A stretch of 45,599 nt of DNA from Alloascoidea hylecoeti. Taxonomy: Eukaryota. The position numbers were made by a program, and so were the translations under genes. Below the pieces are notes generated by a model. The model made no database searches. It saw nothing but the letters and a program-made list of their open reading frames with translations, and was not told where the DNA came from. The stretch spans positions 62,001-107,599 of the forward strand of contig BCKZ01000020.1 in NCBI GenBank assembly GCA_001600815.1. Reading direction: 5' to 3'. Below, piece by piece: positions 12,301 through 22,316 of this stretch. The first letter of the stretch is position 1. The number at the start of each line of letters is the position of its first letter.

Positions 12301-13967
12301 AATGCAAAAGTTGAACTTGATACTAAAAATGGAACACAACTCCATAAAAATGAAAATAAAGCATTAAATATACCAATTTGTTTTAAAGTTTTTAATTCTT
12401 TTTCATTTCTAACATATAATAATCTTTTTTGAAAAGGTTTTTCCCAACCATATAATTTTAAACTTTTTATATTATTTAAAATTTCTGAAATTAATCTAGT
12501 TCTTTGATCTTTATTTTTCATTTGTTTTTTTTGTAAATCTTTTTGATATCTTGCAATTCTTGCATTAAGAGGAATCATAATTGCAGTAATTGCAACTCCT
12601 GCCCACATACTATTACCTAATAAATTATATAAAGAAACAAGACATAAAATTAATTGAAATGGACCAGACCAAATCATTTGTAAAAATTGTGCTAAATCTT
12701 GTAATCTTTGTGTATCAACAGACATTAAATTAACAATATCTCCAGTATTTGATATAGCTCTTTCTTCATTTGATAAAACTAATGATTTTTTATAAATTAT
12801 TGATGTTAAACTTGTTTTAACTTTCATTCCTGTATCGAAAACTCTTTGAAAATATTGATGTAATACAGCAGTTTGAATAACAGATACTAAAAACATTCCA
12901 ATTGCAATTGATGCACCTTTTGTTATTGAATCAGGGTTTGAAGTTGAATAAGTATGTACAAATTTAACCAATAATCTTAATAATTGTGGTTGAGTAAAAG
13001 CTAAAATATCATGTAATGCTTTAAATAGAGCACCAATAAAATAAGGACCACCAAAACTTTTAATTAAAGCTAATGATAATGATGGTTTTGTTTTTGTTCT
13101 TATTTCATGTTGCCAATATTTATTAAATATTTTACTTGTATCAGAAGCAGTTAAACCAGTTGGTACTTGAGGTAAATCATCAGAGGTTAAAAATTGTTTA
13201 AAACCTTTTTCCATTAATGGAGAAATCCAAGTAAAAGTTAATCTTTCAAAAATATTTGAATAATCTAAAGGATTTTTAAATTCAGTGAAAAAATCAGTAT
13301 AAACAGATGTTGAAGGTTTTATAAATGATTCTAAAATTAATATAAATAAAGAATTTATAAATAAAAAGAGGGAAAATATAAAATAGACTGAATTTGATTT
13401 TTCAGTTCCCTGTAATAATAAATTTATTACTTTTATACCATTAGTAAGCATAATAAATAACCAATAAAATAATAAAATACCATTTGCAATAAAAGATCTA
13501 AAATGTTCAATATAATGAAGTCTTATTGCGACCATTAGCGAAATGATTGATATAATATTAGTCCAAAGAAATATTGAAAAATGATTTTTCAAATCGGATG
13601 GGAGGTTAAACAAAAGCACAATGAAAAAAGTAGTTTGTAATAACACCAAAAACAGTTTTGTCCAAAAATGCCAGTTAGCAGGATTTGGGATCTTCTGCCT
13701 GCGAGACAGAACAGTTATTTGATAAGAGCCACCTATTAGCAAAAAGAAGTGGACCAGCAAAAGTACAAGCTCTACCAGGCAAGACGATATCGTGCCTGTA
13801 TCTGAGACTGGGAGAAGGCCCTGATTATCTGGGCAGACGCTGCACCATAACGTAGAATCCGTTCTGTTTGACGAAGCAGCACTGGCCAGAAAAGGAGGTG
13901 AGTGTTTCAGCAAAGATATGTAGGGATAGGTGTCTGGCGCAAAGTGCTGAGAAGAGACCAAATTCAT
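9318..13967 (-). CDS. YCF1: Vacuolar glutathione S-conjugate/metal resistance ABCC transporter Ycf1
   Basis: 1549 aa with TMD0-TMD1-NBD1-TMD2-NBD2. Walker A GKVGSGKS and GRTGAGKSS, signatures LSGGQ and LSVGQRQL, R-region SLRRASIASF typical of Ycf1. Confidence 0.95.
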   Translation of the reverse strand: MNLVSSQHFAPDTYPYISLLKHSPPFLASAASSNRTDSTLWCSVCPDNQGLLPVSDTGTISSCLVELVLLLVHFFLLIGGSYQITVLSRRQKIPNPANWHFWTKLFLVLLQTTFFIVLLFNLPSDLKNHFSIFLWTNIISIISLMVAIRLHYIEHFRSFIANGILLFYWLFIMLTNGIKVINLLLQGTEKSNSVYFIFSLFLFINSLFILILESFIKPSTSVYTDFFTEFKNPLDYSNIFERLTFTWISPLMEKGFKQFLTSDDLPQVPTGLTASDTSKIFNKYWQHEIRTKTKPSLSLALIKSFGGPYFIGALFKALHDILAFTQPQLLRLLVKFVHTYSTSNPDSITKGASIAIGMFLVSVIQTAVLHQYFQRVFDTGMKVKTSLTSIIYKKSLVLSNEERAISNTGDIVNLMSVDTQRLQDLAQFLQMIWSGPFQLILCLVSLYNLLGNSMWAGVAITAIMIPLNARIARYQKDLQKKQMKNKDQRTRLISEILNNIKSLKLYGWEKPFQKRLLYVRNEKELKTLKQIGIFNALFSFLWSCVPFLVSSSTFALFVLTQNEPLSTDIVFPALTLFNLLSFPLGVIPMVVTSLIEANVSISRLTNFFTSNEVQIDSIIHLDKANKIGDDSVIISDGTFLWKKEIDSYKIALQNINYIAKKGELSCIVGKVGSGKSAFLQSILGELHKLNGTITIMGKIAYSPQIPWIMNGTVEENILFGSKYDKLFYEKTINACALKDDLKILPDGDQTEVGEKGISLSGGQKARLSLARAVYARADVYLLDDILSAVDEHVGKHLIDNVLGPNGLLQHKCKILATNSINILTFSDNITMVLNGEITESGTYEQIMSSESPLKQLIKDFGKKSQNSSSGNSTTIVENSEDLDNDSNAAIDDISEVEVFNINNSKRINDNERRKSFISLRRASIASFTKPNLSSSSKNQIINQSKISRKEHQEQGKVNWNVYKEYFYACNPFGVSVFLSCLVLSAAVSVAGNFWLKNWSEKNSETGSNPQVGKYLGVYLALGIIASFLSLAQTITLWIWCTIQGSKILHESMTSSVLRAPMSFFETTPIGRILNRFSSDIYKVDEVLGRVFSQFFANVVKVSFTMIVICSSTWQFFFFILPIGVLYVLYQRYYLMTSRELKRLDSVTKSPIFAHFQETLCGVSTIRAYSQERRFNYLNESKVDLNMKAYHPAINTNRWLAVRLEFLGSLIILGASGLTILTIKSNKLTDGMVGLAMSYALQITQSLNWIVRMTVEVETNIVSVERILEYSNLPSEAPEIINDSRPPLNWPSKGGVIFKNYSTKYRPELDLVLKNINLNIKPKEKIGIVGRTGAGKSSLTLALFRIIEPVSGGINIDDINTTTIGLQDLRHRLSIIPQDSQVFEGTIRQNIDPNNEYTNDEIWKALKLSHLSQHVEQMGNGLDAAVTEGGGNLSVGQRQLMCLARALLIPSNVLVLDEATAAVDVETDHVLQQTIRTEFAERTILTIAHRLNTIMDSDRIVVLNGGEVAEFDTPSELLKNPESLFYSLCKQGGFVGNDLEELEEEENVIS

Positions 13968-14112
13968 TCTCAGTTGGAGGAAGAAAAAAGATTTGTATTA
14001 CTAAAAGAATTAACTGCTTCGTGCTTTGAGCTTGGTGCGGGGGTCACGTGGGCGTTTTTGCCTGGTCGGTGCGGCTGTTACCCTGACTGCCACAGCACAT
14101 TTCTACGCACCG

Positions 14113-14637
14113 ATGAGCTGTGGCCTCGTGGATTACAGCGATACTGACGACTCTGAAGGCGATCTTGTGGAGCCCGGTGCGTCCCAGGGTGGAGCCCGGT
14201 CTGGTTCCCGGTCTGGTTCCCGGCCTGGAGCCCACCCTGGAGCCCACCCTGGGACGCACCCTGGAGCCCACCCTGGTGCTCACCACCACCCCCAGGCTCC
14301 ACCGCCAACGTTGGAAGAAGCGACTCCTGCAGTCTCCACTGAACCATCCGAAACTCACATCGATGAGGACAAAAGACGGCCGTTGTTGCTGCAGATATCG
14401 ACTCGAAGTCCTCCCCCTCCAATTCCTCCATTCGCCCCTACGAACCAGTCTCTTCCTGCAGCTCTGCCTTCCAGAATAGACCGCTTTTTGAGACTGAAAG
14501 TATCCGGCCAGCACTTCAACAGCTCCCTGTTGGAAAACGAATCTCTGTCCGGCCACCGGAGCATCACTCGAGAGGTGAAGCACGTTATGGGCATCACAGA
14601 TGACTACGGCTCAAACATTTGGGACGTTTCCTCTTAG
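14113..14637 (+). CDS. HCNGP/SAP30BP-like protein (174 aa from the ATG at 14113)
   Basis: Starts MSCGLVDYSDTDDSE (LVDY plus acidic run, typical of the family). Pro-rich linker, then RIDRFLRLKVSGQHFNSSLLENESL..MGITDDYGSNI resembling the HCNGP domain (PF07818). Recognised from memory. Confidence 0.7.
   Translation: MSCGLVDYSDTDDSEGDLVEPGASQGGARSGSRSGSRPGAHPGAHPGTHPGAHPGAHHHPQAPPPTLEEATPAVSTEPSETHIDEDKRRPLLLQISTRSPPPPIPPFAPTNQSLPAALPSRIDRFLRLKVSGQHFNSSLLENESLSGHRSITREVKHVMGITDDYGSNIWDVSS
14191..14283 (+). repeat. 12-bp coding tandem repeats (GARS/GSRS, then GAHP/GTHP units)
   Basis: GGTTCCCGGTCT-type units followed by about 5 GGAGCCCACCCT-type units inside the HCNGP-like ORF. Confidence 0.85.
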
Positions 14638-14731
14638 CTCTGTCCGGTTGCACGTGCAGCGCATTTCCACCGGCTGAGTTACCCGGCCGTATCTACTTCG
14701 CTATCGAAACCTCATCTCCCGAGCATCACCA

Positions 14732-16330
14732 ATGAACTCCACTAAGCAAGAAATCGAAAATGCCATCCAAGGCTTCCAAGATGAATTCGAAGTGAAAATC
14801 CCCAATATTTTGCCCCACACTCAAATTTATACTATTCAAGTTGGTGGTAAACTATTTCGGTTAAGGTATAAATACTATTTTATGATAATTAATAGATTGT
14901 TCAATATATGATTACTAATATCTATTGTAGTGGTGCTTCTCTTTCATCTGATGGTAATTATCTTTAAATTTACGACTGAAATATTTCTCTTTTTTTTTTC
15001 TGACGCATCTAACGTTTTAAAAGCTCCTTCGTATTTTACTTCATTTTTCTCGGATCCTTTAAATGCTGACAAGAAATTATGCATTGATAGATCCCCTGAT
15101 ATCTTTCAAAGAGTAATTGAACATTTACAAGGTTATCATATAGTTATAAATACTGAATATGAATATTGTCAAATCTTTGGTGATGCTTATTATTTCTCAT
15201 TACCAAAATTAAAAAAAAAACTTTTAGATACTGAAATATTTGTTAATGTTGGATGTGAAACTTTTAAAGTTGATAGAAAAATATTTTCAAATATTGGTGA
15301 TACACCAAATTATTTTACTGTTTCTTATTCAACATTATTTCAAGGTTTATCTCCTGTTTTATTATATAAACAATTAATTAGACCACCACCAATGGCATCT
15401 CCAAGAGTTCCAAATCGTTCTCCAATTTTATTTAAAGAAATTTTAAATTTACTACAAGGATCTCCATTACCTCCATATAATACAAAAAGAGAAAAAGAAT
15501 ATATGGATTTATTATTAAAAGAATGTCGTTATTATAGATTTTTAAATCTTGAACAAAAAATTATACCACATTATTTTACAAATGATACAAATTTAGGAAT
15601 TGAAGAAATTACAATAAATTTTAAACATACAAATCTTCAAGGAATTTCTTTATTATTATTGAATGATGAAAATGAAAATGAAAATGAAAATGATAGTGAT
15701 AATGATAATGATAATGATAATGATAATGATAATGATACATCATTAGGAATTATTCAACGTCATATAATTATGTATAAACGACCATTTGTTGATTTTAAAC
15801 CATCAATATTAATCATTCAATTATCAACATCAAATAGTATATTTACAATTTCTAATAATTCATTAAATCAATCATCAATTTCAATTGGTGATGATTTACT
15901 TATTAAAAGATTTGAAAAATTATCATCAATTATTTTTAAAAAACTTGAAGTTTCAACCTCTGATGATAGATTATTTATTAAAAGAAAAAGAACTATTGGA
16001 AATTTATCATCATCTTCATTAATTTTTTCAAATTTAAATTTAGAAAATTCTGATATTATATTAAATAATATTCCAACAACTTCAAAATTCTTAATATCAA
16101 ATCAAAATTTAAAGAAAAGGAAATATAAAAATGATAATGATGATGTATTTGAAAATAATTATACTTCTTTTGATACAAATGATAAAAGCTTTAGAATAAT
16201 TAATGGATTATTTAAATTATTTATACAGAAAGATTTATATGATTCATATAGTTTAAAACTTGATTGTTTAAAACTTGAACTTAATGATATTGATAATATT
16301 ACTGTTAATAAAGGAAGAAATTTCTTGTAA
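14732..16330 (+). CDS. BTB/POZ-domain protein (YLR108C/YDR132C-like); 3 exons: 14732-14865, 14931-14953, 15024-16330
   Basis: Splicing introns 14866-14930 (GTATAA..TACTAAT..TAG) and 14954-15023 (GTAATT..TCTAAC..AAG) gives IPNILPH..YTIQVGGKLFRLSGASLSSDAPSYF..IDRSPDIF..HLQGY..GDTPNYF..RSPILFKEIL..ECRYYRF, the conserved pattern of this fungal BTB family. Confidence 0.85.
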
Positions 16331-16413
16331 ATTACATAAATATAGATCTTAGAAGTATTCATAATAATAATAATAATTTTTTTGTTTTTTGTTTTTTGTT
16401 TTTGGTAATTATG

Positions 16414-18708
16414 TTAATCATCATTAATATTAATATTTTTATGATGATTTGAAATAACTAGAATGTCTTTCCTTGCTTGTCTTGTTCTTCTAGCAACAGA
16501 ATTAGCACCTTTATATTTATTCTTTGAATCCATAGCTTGTCTGACTGGTGTTATAGGATCATCATTTATTTCTAAACGTCCAGGAATACTATTGATTTTT
16601 CTAGGTGTATCTGAATTCCCAAGAATATTCATTAATGTCTGTTTAATTGATATCTGTGGTTCTAAATAACTTACTCCACCTTTTTCTTGATCTTGAGAAG
16701 GTGGGGGTCGTGTAAAATCATCATCATTTATAAATAAAGTAGGTGATTCTGTCCTTCGTTGTATAACATGTTTCTTTTCTAGTTGATTTTGACTTTCATC
16801 ACAATCGGAATTTATTCCTGAAGCAGATGTTGCAGCACGACCTACTAATCGACCAAATGATTTTCTTTTTTTCCTTGGTGATATAATTAATGGAATAATT
16901 GATTTCTTAAATGATCCTTCATTATTATTATTATTAATATCATTATCTATAATTGATATTGATTCAATTGATTTTTTTAAATTATGTTTTAATGGAACTT
17001 CAATAATACCTTTTGGTATAAATTTTGCCCATTTTAAATTTAAAAGTTTTGGAATTTTACCAATCTTTAAAATTTCAAATATCCAATCTTCTGTAACAAT
17101 TGGTATATTCCATTTTTTTGCAAAATTTATCTTTTTTTTATTTGTATTATTTTGAATTTTACTATTAATTATTAAAATATCTTCATTTTTTGTTAAATAA
17201 TTTCTTAAATTTCCACCTAAAAAATTTTGAATTAATTTTTTTAAATGTAATTTTTCAATTCCAATAAATCCAGTAATTGAAATTTTTATTTTAAAAAATT
17301 TATCAATGTTTCTATATGGTTGAAATTCACACCATTTATCAATTATTATTTCTTTATTATATAATGATTTTTCAATAAACCATTCTGTTAAAATTATTAC
17401 ACCAATTGGTATAATTGTTGGAATATCTGCTAATTTCATATTTGAATTAATTATTATATGAGTTGCTATTAATTGATTTTCTTTTGTTGATATTTTACCT
17501 TGATGAGATTTAACAACTTTTGTTAAAATATCCATTTGTTTATCATCAAATCCATAAAAACATAGAATATAATCATGAAATAATGAATCTATAGTATTAA
17601 TAGTATTGTCGTTTTGTAATATATCATTGGATTTAGATTTAGATCGAATTGTAATATCCGTTTCGTTACTATAAGGTATTATTATAGTTTCATCCCTATT
17701 ACCCCGATTAACATCTGCAATTTGATTTGATTCAACACAAATGGAGTCATCATCTGGTATTTGTTTGGATTTATCTGAAATCTCTTTAGGTATTATTGAA
17801 GAACTTTTATCATCTAATTCTGGATCTTCATCATCATCTTCTTCAATAGTACGTTTTCTTTTCCTCTTATTTTTTAGTTTGAATATATCTGGAATCTCTT
17901 TAGGTACTACTATTGATAGTTGCTTATCATCAAATTCAAAATTCTCTTCATCATCTTCAATAGTACGTTTTCTTTTCCTCTTATTTTTTGATTTAATTTT
18001 AATTGAATTTTCACTTGATTCAATAGCATCCCAACATTGACAAGCATCACCACCAATAATTTCTTCATCATATTGAAAAGGATCAAAATATTTTTCCATT
18101 AATGTTGCATTTCTTCGAATACTTTGAAATACCCATTCTGGATGACATATTGGTATTTCCCATTTTTTTGCATAAAAACATCGTTTCCCAGATGGATTAG
18201 ATGTAATTAAATGTGTTATAGTTGCAGATAAAGTCTCATGACAAAACCCACCATTACTTTCAATAAGTTTAATCAATTCTTCTTTATTATAATCATTCAC
18301 TTTACCAATACATATTTGCATTCCTCCAAATACTTTTAATCTTCCATTTTTATAAATTTCTATCTTAAAATTAACATCATCACCATTGATCCATTTATTA
18401 TGAAATTCAATTAAAAAACTGGGTCTTAAGAATAAAACATCTGCTCGATTTTTAACTGCAAATTCATATTTGGCTGTTTTTCTATCTCCAACTATTAGAA
18501 AATTTCCATCAGACATAAGATTCACATCATATATTCCACCCATCGCTTTACATTTTGAAGCGATATCAGACTAAAACAAAACAATTAGATTTCAAATATT
18601 GATTATACAAATAAGAAAATCGCGTCTTACACGTAATATAGCTGGAATGGCAGTACAGCAAAAATGATAACCACGTAAAGGTTGTTCTGAAGATTTCACA
18701 TTAAACAT
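16414..18708 (-). CDS. DPB11: BRCT-repeat replication/checkpoint scaffold Dpb11/Cut5/TopBP1; 2 exons: 18708-18631, 18570-16414
   Basis: Exon 1 MFNVKSSEQPLRGYHFCCTAIPAILR, a 60-nt intron (18630-18571, GTAAGA..TCTAAT..TAG), then SDIASKCKAMGG. Four BRCT repeats (TAKYEFAVKNR, THLIT..WEIPICHPEW, THII..TEWF, ISITGF..AKKWNIPIVTEDW). Confidence 0.88.
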
Positions 18709-18800
18709 CGATATACACAAAATAAAATAATAATAAAATTGAATGTTTATTAATTTATGTATCTAACTATACACGTGATAAACCAAAACTCCGGGTAATT

Positions 18801-20441
18801 TTATTTTTTATACTTCTTCAATTCTATGAATCTTAAAAATGGATAAACAATTCCACTAAATCCACAACATAAAAACAATCCTAAATCTGCTCCAAAATCT
18901 CCAACAAGTCTTCCAATAACACCAACATAATAAACTTGGGCCATTCCTAAAACAGCACCAACAGCACCTACAGCAAATGCAACTATTGCAGCGTATCCAT
19001 TAGTTAAACTTGGTTTATGATTCCAATTTTTCCATTCGTATGTTTCTCCATCCATATATTCTCCTGAATTTTCTTCTCTATCAGATAATATTGGAAAAAA
19101 TCGTTTATTACGAAATATTAAATTTTCTTCAAATAAAAGTGTAATATAAATTGTAATCCAATATCCTAACATTGGAACAAAATTCCCAATAAGTGTAGAT
19201 AAATGATCTTTCCCAACAACTGAAATGACAAAATAAATTATTGCAATTAATATAGACCAACCAAATCTAGGAACTTTTAAAAATAAATGACTAAAAACTT
19301 GAACCATAAATGCCATTGAATATGTATTTAAAGCATTATTTGTTATTAATGAAAAATATAATATAACAAGAAGGAATTTACCACCTCCTTTCCATGGTTT
19401 AAAAGCACTAAGTAATATCCCACCAAGTCCATAAGTATCATATTCTGTATGCCATTCAGAATAGGCACTTGCACAATTACTAAGATAAATTCCAATTACT
19501 GCAACGAAAAGCGTTGGAAGACAGATACCTAAAAATGTAATCCAGTATGTACTCCATCGATTTGTCTGAGAAGACATAAAAATGTAATAATCACTAGCAC
19601 AGCATCCCCATGTTGCTGTAACACTATAAGATAATGCAAAAAAACTAATTGAATTCCCCACAATGGTAATATGTGATTCAGAAGTGGGTTGAAAGTTAAC
19701 TGCCTTATCACTTGTTATCATAGAGCCAGATGAAATATAAAGTAGTAAAAATGCAATCAGTATTGGTATAGAAAGCCATGCTTCGAATTTAACCAGTTGT
19801 TTAATACCAAAAACTGCAAGAATAACAGATACAATTGCTATGATAAGTATTCCTATCTCTATTGGAACTTTCCCATCAGATAATGCTGCTAATATTTGAC
19901 CACCAAATACACTACTCACCACTGCCCAACCAAGATTTCCAACCACACTGATCAACGCAATGAATTTAATGAACCACCATCCAAATAAAAATCTAGCATT
20001 AGTCAGTTGTCTAAGCCCTGATCTTGGGCCCATAGTAGCACAATATGCTGCAAGTAATGAACCTACACAACATCCAAGTATACCAGATATCAAAGAGTTT
20101 TTCAAAGATAATCCAAATGTAACAGGTCCAAGAAAAAATGAAGACATTGAAGTTAATCCACCTGTCACACTAACCCAAATTGCTAAAACATCAAGAAATG
20201 ATCGAAGTGCTCCTTTTTTCCTCTCATCATTTGGATATCTTTCAATTCCACGTTCTTCTATTCCATATTTTTCATACCAACTTTTTAATTTATTCTTATG
20301 ATGATGTGCTTCAATATCATTTCGATCTAAATTTGATATCGGATAATTCGAATTCTCTTTTGTACCTTTGCCGACCTCAACTAATGAAATATTTTTAACG
20401 TCATCTAGATCTGATGAGGAACTGTTATGAGAACCAGTCAT
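18801..20441 (-). CDS. TPN1: Purine-cytosine permease (NCS1) family, vitamin B6 transporter Tpn1-like
   Basis: 546 aa, multi-TM. EERGIER; WVSVTGGLTSMSSFFLGP and AAYCATMGPRSGLRQ..ARFLFGWWF closely follow S. cerevisiae Tpn1 as recalled. Confidence 0.85.
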   Translation of the reverse strand: MTGSHNSSSSDLDDVKNISLVEVGKGTKENSNYPISNLDRNDIEAHHHKNKLKSWYEKYGIEERGIERYPNDERKKGALRSFLDVLAIWVSVTGGLTSMSSFFLGPVTFGLSLKNSLISGILGCCVGSLLAAYCATMGPRSGLRQLTNARFLFGWWFIKFIALISVVGNLGWAVVSSVFGGQILAALSDGKVPIEIGILIIAIVSVILAVFGIKQLVKFEAWLSIPILIAFLLLYISSGSMITSDKAVNFQPTSESHITIVGNSISFFALSYSVTATWGCCASDYYIFMSSQTNRWSTYWITFLGICLPTLFVAVIGIYLSNCASAYSEWHTEYDTYGLGGILLSAFKPWKGGGKFLLVILYFSLITNNALNTYSMAFMVQVFSHLFLKVPRFGWSILIAIIYFVISVVGKDHLSTLIGNFVPMLGYWITIYITLLFEENLIFRNKRFFPILSDREENSGEYMDGETYEWKNWNHKPSLTNGYAAIVAFAVGAVGAVLGMAQVYYVGVIGRLVGDFGADLGLFLCCGFSGIVYPFLRFIELKKYKK

Positions 20442-21239
20442 TTAATTTTAAAATGGTAATAAGACTGTACTCGAGTCTATAGTTAAAACTTAAAAGAGAT
20501 TGATGAGTCAAAAGCTTTTTTTTATTTTTGAGAAGTTCTTTAACCACACAACATGCATCCACACGTAAGAAGATCTGTGCATAAGATTTTCATATCACGT
20601 GGTGTTAAATGGCTGCTTACTAGTATTCGGAATATTATCAGAATGGTCGGCTAATATGCAGGGGTATGGAGCAACTTCGGGATGTTTAGGGTAGTCGAAA
20701 TCAGTTATATAATGTGCGAAACTGCGAATGTATTTAATGGCGAATATTTCACTCTATGGCCGAAATTAAGTTGAATCATTGTTATGAATATATGTCAATG
20801 AAATTGTTGTAACTTTATTAAGACTGAGAAGAAGTATTTAAAACTTATGATTAATATTTAACTACCTATAACTTTATATAAATTAGAATTTATCAATTGA
20901 CCATGAGGAACTATAATTTGTAAGTATATCATATATATATCTATCGAATGATTAGGGATTACTTTGAACTTTAACATAAATTAATTACAAATATATTAAT
21001 ATTAGAATTAGCATAGATAAATTGAAAATATTTGTTATAATGAATAATGTTTATCGAGCAGTTAATTGTAATTTTTAAATATAGATTTTCAGTAATATCA
21101 TTGTTCCTGGATATAAATAGTTTTTATACATTATGAATATCTATAATTAATTAAAACAATTGGAGATACTGTTAAGTTAAGCTATTGTGTCATTGTTCTA
21201 CCTATTCATGATAATGTCTATCCATGTTTATATTTGCAG

Positions 21240-21675
21240 TTGAAAAATATTAATTTAGATATTAAACCAAAGGAAAAAATTGGTATTGTTGGTAGAACTG
21301 GTACAGGTAAAAGTTCATTATTTTTAGAATAATTGAACCTGTTTCTGATATAAATACAACAACAATAAGATTAAAAGATTTAAGACATCGATTATCAATT
21401 ATTCCACAAGATTCTCAGGTATTTGAATGTACAAGGAGACAAAATATTGATCCTGAATATACTAATGATGAGATTTGGAAAGCATTAAAATTATCACATT
21501 TATCACAACATGTAGAACAAATGGGTAATGGTTTAGATGCTGCAGTAACAGAAGGTGGTGGTAATTTATCAGTTGGTCAAAGACAATTAATATGTTTGGC
21601 TGGTTATTGGTAATTCCTTCAAATATTTTAGTTTTAGATGACTCTTTGTTCTATTCATTATGCAAACAAGGTGGG
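21240..21675 (+). pseudogene. YCF1: Decayed inverted copy of the YCF1 NBD2/C-terminal coding region (source ~10034-9372)
   Basis: Aligns by eye with the reverse complement of 10034-9372, with long exact stretches (e.g. 21456-21591). Carries 10-, 18- and 6-bp deletions, a ~190-bp deletion, a frameshift and a Walker A change GRTGAGKS->GRTGTGKS. Confidence 0.95.
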
Positions 21676-22092
21676 CCCACGAGCGTTCATTCAATTTTGA
21701 TAGGGTTGCTCTCCTTTCCCCGAGTTTTTACTAAGATTATTTCGTCTTCTAGTAAAATTGTAAGTATGATATAACTACCTGTAGCCTAAACACCGTGATC
21801 ATTATAACTAATATAAATAACTAATACATGGTGGTGATGTAAATAATTGTTCCTCTCTTAGGAATATGAACTTACTAAGCACAACCACTAGTGTGCTTGA
21901 AATGGGAAACAGACAGTCTAATTGTATCAACCAAGTTCTCTACTATAAACACATAATGTTATTATTTATTCTCCAATCTTATATAAATTTCATAAATTTT
22001 AAACTAAGAGAAGAGTTCCATTTTTGCAATTGTAGTTCTATACTTAGATTCAGATTAAAGATAATAGTTCCTTTCCATTTAAGTATATCCAA
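21676..22092 (+). repeat. Diverged inverted copy of the YCF1-CPR1 intergenic region, part 1 (source ~9174-8930)
   Basis: Collinear shared blocks: TTCATTCAATTTTGA, TATAACTACCTGTAG..TAAACACC, TTAGGA.TATGAAC, CTTGAAATGGG, ATTGTAGTT.TAT, TCAGATT.AAGAT, AAG.ATATCCA. Confidence 0.85.
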
Positions 22093-22316
22093 TGATGGCT
22101 GTCTAGTTCAATAAGATGGTAAACCTGACACAAAACCCAAAAACCAAAAGGTCTGTTATCCAATTCTTCAAAGACTCTAAAGCAGTTCACAATGTCATAA
22201 ATATATATATATATATCTGGAACTTTCTTAGAAAGAGAAATCTCCAAATTATACAAAGGAATTAACGTAAAGCATTGCACATTAAAATCTTTGTAGTACA
22301 CCATCACATGGGGGCC
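22093..22316 (+). mobile_element. Ty3/gypsy LTR (22093-22306, TGATGG...CCATCA) with truncated PBS TGGGGGCC (22309-22316)
   Basis: 6-bp terminal inverted repeat. The left edge coincides with the point where host-duplication homology stops. The 3' ~45 bp match the LTR/PBS junction at 24116-24160 in inverted orientation. Confidence 0.7.
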
